Source: Lama guanicoe
Taxonomy: Eukaryota
Assembly (NCBI GenBank): GCA_013239625.1
Contig: MU054220.1
Coordinates: 8,343,367-8,407,366, forward strand
DNA length: 64,000 nt
Direction of reading: 5' to 3'
The notes under the pieces were generated by a model. It ran no database searches. It was given only the letters and a program-made list of their open reading frames with translations, and was not told where the DNA came from. Below, in pieces: positions 44,733-52,790 of this stretch (positions are counted from its first letter, which is position 1; every line of letters starts with the position of its first letter). The translations under genes and the position numbers were made by a program.

Positions 44733-45380
44733 TGTTACCGAAAAATCAGCCTCTGCACCCCGAAAGGTGAATTCAAACTCAGAGGCAGAGTTTTGGGAGT
44801 AGAGGAAAGAGCACCTTTACTGCTTGGCCGGGCAAAGGGCGTCACAGCAGGATCAGGCCTCAGTAACCATGAATCCCTCTTGGGGTTGGGGCTTGGTGAT
44901 TACACAGGCAAACAGGGCTGAGCATATCAGTGATAACGGACAATAGAATCTTTTACAAAAGTTTATCTTGTGTCACGGGAACTTTTGGTGGTTTGTTAAG
45001 TAGGTCATTCATTGCCTGCGGCCTTGGCGTTATCTGGACTGATCCCACTGGTGTCATGGGGGCTCTTGGAGGATCTGGGCCATTCTTTCAGGGTTATTGT
45101 TCCCTGGCCTTTTTGGAAAATCACTTCTGGGTTTAGGTACAAGTTGTTTAGTGTAGGGTGTAAATCACAGGGTTGGAGTTGGTAACCACATAGTCATTCA
45201 GGGGAATTAAACAGTAGCCTAACAAGGAGAAAAACAAGTTGGTCAATTAGAAGTAACTCAAAGAAAGCAAGTTAATTAATGGGGAGTAGGACCAAGGCAA
45301 AGCTATTATCTTATTTATTTTGGTTGTTAATTAGTCTGTATTGAATGAAAGGAACATGATTACAAGGAAACAACTGCACA
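44733..45380 (-). mobile_element. ERV solo LTR, related to 43799-44340
   Basis: TGTTACCGAAAAATCAGCC terminus with the shared R/U5-like segment. Right boundary approximate. Confidence 0.7.
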
Positions 45381-46484
45381 TTTCTAGGCAAAGTCATATT
45401 AATAATGATACAGAATGTTGATAAATAATACAGACACTTTAGTATCAATGGAACTGCAAAAAAACCTATTTTCATGTTTCTGCACAATGAGGGTTTTTCA
45501 AATGAGGGAAACTGAGACCTCAGTTAAAGGACAAACTTTAGAAGTTAAAAGGTGATTGAAAACCTAGAAAATCTTTTTAGAGTTGTAACAGTGTACCTCC
45601 CCAGATCTTTGTTTGTAATCAAAGGGGGATAAAACCCTGAGCTAAAGAATTGTGTAGTAGAGCCTTCCCCTTGTCTTCCCAGACATGATGTGTTTCCCTG
45701 AGGAAGATTAGGTTTCTCACCCTCTGTCAAGAGAAGAGGATGGAGTTATCATTTCAGGGTTCTTCTCTCATAGCACTACAAAACCAAACCAAACCAAACC
45801 AAACCAAAGCAACAACCAAAAAACCCATTTTGTACATGAAAGGTCTGTCTGGTTCTAATTGCATCACACAGAGGGGGAAGATAAGACGAGGTGAACAATG
45901 TAGTATGTCTGTAAGTGGTAATAATAGTTTAACCCTGACTGAGAAACCCCATGTCTAATTTCAAGCTAAAATAAATATATTAATATGTTTCAGAAAAACA
46001 GCAGTACTTCCAGATTTTTGTTCACTCTATTCTTTATTTTTTCCAAGCATTTTATCATTAAAAATAAATATACATCAACCTTGAAAGATTTTACATTTGA
46101 ATGCCCACAATATAGATTCTACCATTAACATGTACTACATTTAATCTATCGTATATTTATCTACTTATTCATTCCAACCAATTGTTAATCCATCTGATTT
46201 TATTTTGATTTTACATTTAAAAGTAAGTTTCAGATATTAGCACACTTCCATCTAAATACTTTAGCAGGAGTTACTGCTAGGGTTTAATAATTTATTGGCA
46301 TTTAATATTTATTTGCAACATGTTCTTTTATCTTAAAATTTATGCACAATGATCTGCACAAGTGTTAAATGTTCATTTGTCAAGTTTTGACAGTCCTATT
46401 AAACTAAACAATATTGAGATCGCCTCAAAAATCCCCTCGGGCCCTTTCCCATTTAATTGCTACCCTCATCCCTCAAGGAAATCC

Positions 46485-46797
46485 TGTTCTTCGGCTGCCG
46501 AGTCCAAACTCATTCTGCTCGCCGCACGACAGGCCAGTAAATCAGGAGACGAGATGCTGGGGCAAGGAATAGCGACTTTATTCAGAAAGCCGGCAGACGG
46601 AGAGGATGGTAGACTAATGTCTTGGAGAACCATCCTGCTCTAGCCAGATTACAGGCTCCTTTTATACAAAAAATAAGGGGGGGGCGGTGGCTGATTGTTG
46701 CAATCTTCTTGCTGCAGGCATTCTTTGCTCTTGCAGCCGTCCCCGTGGGCCAGGTCATGTGTCCCTGTAAACCTCCAACAAAACAGAGGTTATTCTC
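46485..46797 (-). mobile_element. ERV LTR fragment nested in L1
   Basis: Starts with TGTT, relatively CpG-rich, contains TTTATT (antisense polyA signal) followed by TTTTATA (antisense TATA). Confidence 0.7.
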
Positions 46798-47233
46798 TAC
46801 TACTCTTTTTTTTTTCCATCGTTGTTGAGTCACGCCTACCCTAGAATTGTGTATCCTCCAGCGTGTGTCCTGTGAAGGCTTCTTTCTCTCAGTGTAAGGC
46901 TGTTGAGGACTGGCCGTGTTCCTACTTGTATCAATACTTTGTACCTTTTTATTGCAGGGTACTCTTCTTTCATATGGGTATATCACACTCACCCATTTTC
47001 TGTTATAAATAAAGCCTCTATGAGAATTTGAGTATAACGCCTTTTGGGGGGGGGGATGAGGGAGTTGGGCGGTGAACACGTGTTTTTATTTCTCTCTCTT
47101 TCTTTTTATGTGTGTGTGTTTTCATTTCTCTTGAGTAAATACCAAAGAGTAAAATGACTAGGTCAGAAAGTAAGTGTATGCTTAGTTTTATAAGAAATTG
47201 CCAAAAATATTTCCAAAATGGCTACACCCAATT

Positions 47234-47671
47234 TGAGAAGGAAAGGCCGGGCTGGGCTAACAAGCTAAGTCACAAATCTAAGTGTAACAGGTGTCGGGTT
47301 ACTGATCTGAGTTCTGCTGGGCTAACTCGTAAATCTAAGTAAGTGTCAGTTTGCTGATTCCCTGTTCATGTTTTTTTTTTTTTTTGCTAGCCAGCTGGGT
47401 TTTCAAAGAGACATATCTGGCCTTGAAATGTTGGTTTGCTACCTCCTTGCCTCTACTTTTGTTATAATAATGATGCTGCTAAAGCTGTTCCATGCCTATT
47501 GGCCGCATACCCCAAGCTTGTAATTAACCCTATAAAACCTCACGCACACATCTTGGAGGTGCTCAGAGCTTCGGAGCAGAAGCCCCTCCGAGCCCGCCGG
47601 CGTGCTACATCTGAGTACTCCAACCCTCCGAGTGGTGCTTGTTTCTTGACTGGCCTGTCGTTTCCGTAACA
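47234..47671 (+). repeat. 5' LTR (438 bp)
   Basis: TGAGAAGG...CCGTAACA. About 26 substitutions plus a few small indels versus 51301-51741 by manual alignment. Imperfect U3 tandem repeat (47251-47306 / 47316-47358), inverted CCAAT (ATTGG 47498-47502), TATAAAA 47531-47537. Confidence 0.97.
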
Positions 47672-47675
47672 TTTC

Positions 47676-47693
47676 TGGAGGCCCCAGCGAGAT
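47676..47693 (+). promoter_or_regulatory. Primer binding site complementary to the tRNA-Thr(TGT) 3' end
   Basis: TGGAGGCCCCAGCGAGAT, 4 nt after the LTR, is the reverse complement of ATCTCGCTGGGGCCTCCA (mammalian tRNA-Thr-TGT 3' end, from memory). Confidence 0.9.
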
Positions 47694-47871
47694 ACAACCA
47701 CGCCGGCCCTGTGAGCCGCTGGGCTGGTGGCTCCAGCCGACCGGGGGACGGGACTCCTGCAGCGAACGAGGTGGCGCCGCCCGACGGCAACTCAGCCCCT
47801 AGGTGGCTGGGCTACAACCAGAGCCACACTCCGTGGAGGGACGGACAGACTCACCAGGTGGCCGTCCGGAC

Positions 47872-47880
47872 AAGGTAGGA
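47872..47880 (+). promoter_or_regulatory. Candidate major splice donor in the retroviral leader
   Basis: AAG|GTAGGA about 180 nt downstream of the PBS, a typical position. Motif match only. Confidence 0.4.
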
Positions 47881-47957
47881 CCCCCCGGGAGAAATCAGGT
47901 CCTGTCCCAGTGGACAGAAGGGGAGGCAGATCCCCTCCTACAGGAAACAGGATATTG

Positions 47958-48027
47958 GGAATTGGTGGGAGGACTGTTGGAATTGGTGGGAGGACTGTTG
48001 TTAGTGTGTGTGTGTGTGTGTGTGTGT
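47958..48027 (+). repeat. 21-bp perfect tandem duplication followed by (GT)12 in the ERV leader
   Basis: GGAATTGGTGGGAGGACTGTT x2 (47958-47999), then a GT repeat at 48004-48027. Confidence 0.9.
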
Positions 48028-48837
48028 AGCCTGTGAAGCATGCGATCAGGCTCGAGTTTGTAGCTCCACGGCATTCTGCTACGGAGTTCGAATGAGTCCC
48101 AACCTGCGGTTCCGTGGTGACCTCATACGGCTCAGGGCGGTATTGGTCCCTCAGGGTCCCTATCGGAGTCCGCAGCTTATACTGACTTACCAAAGCTAAG
48201 AGGCACCTTTGTCCCCGTGAGGGGAGTGGCTAGGTGGACGCAGCGAAAACCCTCCCTTGTCTTGTCTGCGACACCAGCACAGGGTGGCTACACTGGGAGA
48301 GAAAGGGACATAAAACAGCGTATAAGTAAACTACCCCTAAAACAAGACTACTTTAAAAGTTTCAGATGCGACTTTGTCACCAGTCCCCCGGAATATCCTG
48401 TGCGATTAATAAATCAGCCTTAATACTACTCCTCTGTCTAAAATAAAGCTGGCAAGACCTGAGCCAGCGGGAGCCACCCGAGCGCTGGGTAGAACCCTCT
48501 TTTGAGGTCCCCTTTTGGTCCACTGATTCTGTCACTGGCCAGCCATCCCAGCTTCATATTTTGTCAATTTAGGCTATAGAGAAGGCTTTATGCAGAGACC
48601 CCCTAGAGCTCATTCAGGCCCAGGAGAGCCTCAGGGACAAGTGTCTGTCGTGAAGCCCTAACTCACTGGCAGCGCTTGCAGACAAGCAGATAGATATTAG
48701 GCCCAGAGAGGCAGCAAGATTTAAAAAAAAAAAATCTACTGTTTTGAGGAGTGGAAAAAAAACATACTGGGGTCACAGTCCTCAGTGCTAGTAGCAGACC
48801 CACACCAATAGGCCATAAAATCTGTCAACTAGTAGTA

Positions 48838-49581
48838 ATGAGAGCCTCTAAATCAAAGCTGACAGTTCTGGACTGCATGATTAAAATTTCAAAAAGAAGT
48901 TCTCAGAAAACTATGGAGTTTAAATGAGCCCTGGCAGGCTTCATACTTTGTGTAAACTTAAATGGCCGACCTTTGGAGTCGGGTGGCCCTCAGGAGAAAC
49001 TTTGGATCTAGCAACAGTGCGAGCAATCTATCGAATAATCACTGGAACCCCAGGCCACCCAGATCAATTCCCTTACATTGACTCCTAGCTAAATATTGCC
49101 CAGAATCTACCCCCATGGATTCGGTTCTGCTCAAATGGACCTGGACAATGCAAGATATTAGCAACTCAGCCAGTCCAGACCAAAAAGGACTGATTAAAAA
49201 AAAAAAAAAGCCTATTTTTCCAGGAAGACACAGAGGACAAAATGTGCCTGTCCCTTCCGTATGCCCCCGGGGCACCAACACCTCCGGTACCACTGGAGAC
49301 ACTGACACCCTCTGTGTCATCACCTCCCCAATCTGAGGACCCAGAGGCAAAGCCCAGCCCTAGCCTGAGCCGGTAGGAAGGAGACTCTGCTCAGTACAAG
49401 CCAGGAGAGCAGCACCAGGGGTCCTCCAAATGCCGCTGTGGGAGACACAAGGGCCACAGCAAGTTGGGGAGGACGGGACTGTTCAGCCCAGGCACCCCGT
49501 ACTCTGCTACCAATCCTTTAGCACTACAGCCCTTCTCAGTTGGCACCATCATACTCCTTCCTACTCTGAAAAACTGCAGGC
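48838..49581 (+). pseudogene. gag: gag 5' part (MA p15, p12-like region, start of CA p30), disrupted
   Basis: ATG at 48838: M(R)ASKSKLTVLDCMIK..., then WPTFGVGWP..TLDL, GHPDQFPYIDS*L (gammaretroviral MA motifs) and CA start PLWETQGP...YQSFSTTALLSWHHHTPSYSEKLQA. Contains frameshifts and stops. Confidence 0.92.
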
Positions 49582-50038
49582 ATGTCAATCACATTATGGT
49601 CTAAACAAATTAAGAAGAGCTTCCACAATAATAGCAGAGAAAGAGCCACTGGTAAACTGGTCAGGATTTTTGGCCTGCCCTCCAAGGAAAAGGAGTGAAA
49701 AGTTTCAGGGCAGGCCGCAGAGGAAGTCAAGGGGAGCCAGGCCAAGCAGCGGCGGATGGAGCAGCGGCCACAGCCACCCGGCAACAGCAGCAGCAGCAGC
49801 AGCCGCCGCAGCCCAGCCACCGCCTCCACCTCGGCCCCCGCCGCCACTGCCACTGCTGCCGCCGCCGCCTCCATGGCAACTGTCGGGGAGCGCCGGCCCC
49901 TGCCCAGTCCCGAAGTGATGCTGGGACAGTCATGGGGCTCTGCCAAAAAGACATGCGAATATTTGGTCTCTGTCCAGCCCACAATGATTTCTACTTGGTG
50001 GTATGTGAGGACTGTAATCAGGCTGTCAAACCGCAGGC
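49582..50038 (+). pseudogene. ATXN7: Processed, circularly permuted ATXN7 (ataxin-7) 5' fragment captured inside gag
   Basis: Peptides QAAEEVKG / [27 protein letters not shown] / [26 protein letters not shown] / [37 protein letters not shown] match the ataxin-7 N-terminus ([77 protein letters not shown]). The continuation (F>C)QSHY sits at the start of the insert. No introns, ATG lost, two internal deletions. Confidence 0.95.
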
Positions 50039-50253
50039 TCTAATTGACTTCATAGAGTCTGTCTTCCATTCTCACCGGCCCACCTGGGGAGATGTCCGCC
50101 AGCTGCTCCTGACTCTTTTCAATACAGAGGAGAAGAGACACATTCTCACTGAAGTATGAAAATGTCTGCAGGGCCGAGCCCCTGGGGACACACTGGATGT
50201 TGAGGGGTGGGCCACGACACAGGTCCCTGACACCAGACCAGACTGGGACTTTC
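50039..50253 (+). pseudogene. gag: gag CA p30 continuation, truncated
   Basis: [39 protein letters not shown]...PDTRPDWDF, the gammaretroviral CA sequence that normally follows SYSEKPQA. Confidence 0.92.
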
Positions 50254-50254
50254 T

Positions 50255-50598
50255 CTTGGAGTCCTGACTCAAAATGTGGGGCCATGACAGCACATTATGG
50301 CCTATTTGTCTAAAAGACTGGACCCTGTGGCATCAGGATGGCCACCCTGTTTACGGGCCCTCGCTGCCACAGCCCTCCTGGTCAGCGAGGCAGACAAACT
50401 CACACTGGGACAGACTTTAAGTGTAAAAGTGCCCCATTCTGTGGTGCCCCTGATTAACGGCCCAGGTTACAAAAGGATAACTAGCACAAGGATGACCCAC
50501 TACCAGGGGCTTCTATGTAAAAATCCAAGGGTCCGTCTAGAGACTGTGCAAACCTTAAACCCAGCCACATATTTGCCTGAGGGGGAAGGGCAGCCTGA
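50255..50598 (+). pseudogene. pol: pol fragment (RT connection/tether region)
   Basis: LGVLTQNVGP*..MAYLSKRLDPVASGWPPCLRALAATALLVSEADKLTLGQ...PHSV...RMTHYQGLL...TLNPATYLP, MLV-like pol motifs. Confidence 0.93.
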
Positions 50599-50718
50599 CT
50601 GGGATATAGGCCATAGGATCCTGTTAGCTATTTTACACCTTGCTAGAACTAGTGCCGTCACTGCAGCATCATGTCTAAGATAATCATAAGGCTGATGTTA
50701 CTGATGCCAATGCCCTCA

Positions 50719-51303
50719 CTCCCCTTGCTAGTGGGGCTCAGAATGACAGCAGGGGTGGGCACAGGAATCGGTGGCATAGCCTCATCCTCTTATTACTATT
50801 ATCAGCTTACAGGTGAGTTCAGCCAGGATCTCCAATGAATAACAACAACCCTGGGAGCTCTGCAGAGCCAGATTGACTCTCTGGCCGAGGTGGTCTTACA
50901 AAACAGGAGGGGTCTATCCCTTACTCACAGCCAAAGAGGGGGGACTATGCCTCTTCCTAAACGAAGAGTGCTGTTTTTATGCCAATCAACCAGGAATTGT
51001 CAGAGGGATGGTTCAAGAGTTGCAAGACCAAGTGGAAAAGAGGAAACATATTTTAGATAAGAGCCCGTGGACAGGCCCATGGGCTGGACCTCCTGGCTGT
51101 CACCGTTCATAAGTCCCTTGCTCCTGATTTTTGCAGTTCTGCTATTTGGGCCTTGTGTCCTAAACTTCCTGACCTGCTTTGTCAGTGAGCGGATAGGGGC
51201 TATAAAACTTCAGATGTTAGCCTCCAATTATGAGCCCTTGCAACAGATAAGTGATGATGCTTACTCCAACAAGGATTGTGAAAGCATCAAGAGAGGGGAA
51301 TGA
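50719..51303 (+). pseudogene. env: env TM subunit (fusion peptide, ISD, CX6CC, membrane anchor, tail), disrupted; SU largely deleted
   Basis: LPLLVGLRMTAGVGTGIGGI...QIDSLAEVVLQNRRGL / LLTAKEGGLCLFLNEECCFY (CX6CC at 50948-50974) / WLSPFISPLLLIFAVLLFGPCVLNFL. One stop and two frameshifts. Confidence 0.93.
51289..51300 (+). promoter_or_regulatory. Polypurine tract
   Basis: AAGAGAGGGGAA directly abutting the TG of the 3' LTR. Confidence 0.93.
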
Positions 51304-51741
51304 GAAGGGCAAGCCAGGCTGGGCTAACAGCTAACTCACAAATCTAAGTGTAACAAGTGTCGGATTACTGACTTGAGTTTGCTGGGCTAAGTCGTAAATC
51401 TAAGTTAATAAGTGTCAGTTTGCTGATTCCCTGTTCATTTTTTTTTTTTTTTTTTTTTGCTAGCCAGCTGGATTTTCAAAGAGACATATCTGGCCTTGAA
51501 ATGTTGGTTTGCTGCCTCCCTGCCTCTACTTTTGTAATAATGATGCTGCTAAAGCTGTTCCATGCCTATTGGCCGCATACCTCAAGCTTGTACTTAACCT
51601 TATAAAACCTCAAGCACACATCTTGGAGGTGCTTAGAGCTTTGGAGCAGAAGCCCCTCTGAGCCCGCCGGCGTACTACATCTGAGTACTCCAACCCTCCG
51701 AGTGGTGCTTATTGCTTGGCTGGCCTGTCATTTCCGTAACA
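51301..51741 (+). repeat. 3' LTR (441 bp)
   Basis: Direct repeat of 47234-47671, immediately preceded by the polypurine tract. Confidence 0.97.
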
Positions 51742-52163
51742 ATTTCATGTTGCTGCCAGGAATATAGGAGAATCTTACTTGCTTCGTATGATCAGAAACA
51801 TTTGGTATCACCAGTCTTTTATTATACATTCATTCTGCTGGGTATAGAATGGTTCTAAATCATCACTCTCATGACTAACAGTGTTGAAAAGTATTTCTTA
51901 TACTTTTTGGTCATTTGTCTAAATTTTTTGTGATGTGACTATTGACATTTTTTGCCCATTATTTTGATTGTTTGTCTTTTATTATTGAGTTCTAAGGGTT
52001 CTTTACATATCCTGAATACAAATCAGATTTTGGTTTTGGCAGGAGTGTTTTCATAGTCTAGATGACATATTTATTTTAACAGTGTCTTTTCATGAACAAA
52101 ATTTTAATTTTTTGTTATATCTAATCCATCCTATTTTCTTCTAAGATCATTGCTTTCTGGCAC

Positions 52164-52790
52164 CTGTTGGAGAAATAAAATTAAAAACAAAATCTCCTCC
52201 CAATTCAGAAGACCTCTCCACCAAGGTAGACGGAAAGAAAACAGTTTTGTTATTGGATAGGGCTTAAACCAGAAAGTGGGCACATCACAGATAATATTTG
52301 GAGAGATCACAAATACAGAAAGAAAGCTCACCCTTTTGTAAGTCCAACAGGTGTCTCCCATTCCATACACGGTCTCAAGATAATAACTTGTCCTCCAGTT
52401 AGGGGACTTGAAAGCACCATTTGTCACACGTAGGTCATTCTAAATTCACCAGGTAATATGAATGATCATCAAATTTTTATAGGTTTATGACAAGAGGTAG
52501 TTTTGCATCTTGGAGGTGGGCATTCACCAAAATTATGTTCCTCTCCTCCCACAGAAGCTGAGAGATTATTATTATTCAGAGTTTACTCCCAGGCCCTTGG
52601 GTCATAAAGGTGGCAAGTGGCTAGTTTAGCTTTTATAAAGGTTTACATACATTTCAAAGTCGCAGAGAGTAGTTAAGATTATAAATTTTCTAAAGTAAAT
52701 AATCTAAGACAAGGGAGAGCATAAGTCTCTTTTTCTTAATTTTCTTAATAAGAATGTGCCTCTTTACTTAACTTGCATTTGTCCTTCTAA
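52164..52790 (-). mobile_element. Old ERV1-type LTR (MER34-like)
   Basis: TGTTGGAGAAATAAAA...ctctccaccaaggtag...ttaaaccagaa, a recognisable eutherian LTR motif series. A related copy lies near 57040. Confidence 0.6.

Larger units (their letters stand above)
47234..51741 (+). mobile_element. Defective gammaretrovirus-like (ERV1 class) endogenous provirus, 4508 bp, with large gag-pol and pol-env deletions and a captured host ATXN7 insert
   Basis: Two direct-repeat LTRs (TG...CA), PBS right after the 5' LTR, PPT right before the 3' LTR, and recognisable MA/CA, RT-connection and Env TM peptides in the correct order. Flanks read ATT|TG...CA|ATTT (3-bp perfect duplication, or ATTT with one T lost). 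It interrupts an old L1 that continues on both sides. Confidence 0.97.
46330..52160 (-). mobile_element. Old L1 3' region (L1M-type), split by a solo LTR fragment and by the provirus
   Basis: L1 antisense motifs (cttgagtaaatacc...gtatgcttagttttataagaaattgccaaaaatatttccaaaatggctacacc) resume after 51741 (catttggtatc...ttctttacatatcctgaatacaaatc). Confidence 0.75.

Noticed and set aside
49536..49984. Minus-strand ORFs with polyAla/polyLeu/polyCys
   Set aside because: These are antisense shadows of the GC-rich CAG/GCC repeats.
49571..50038. ATXN7 insert as an ordinary L1-mediated processed pseudogene with an 11-bp TSD
   Set aside because: There is no poly(A) tail, the content is 5' exons only and in permuted order, and the flanking repeat is native ATXN7 coding sequence at that exact position.
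49582..50038. The real ATXN7 gene
   Set aside because: It is intronless, frameshifted, internally deleted, lacks the start codon and is embedded in gag between two LTRs.
50719..51303. Co-opted syncytin-like env
   Set aside because: SU is deleted and TM carries a stop and frameshifts.
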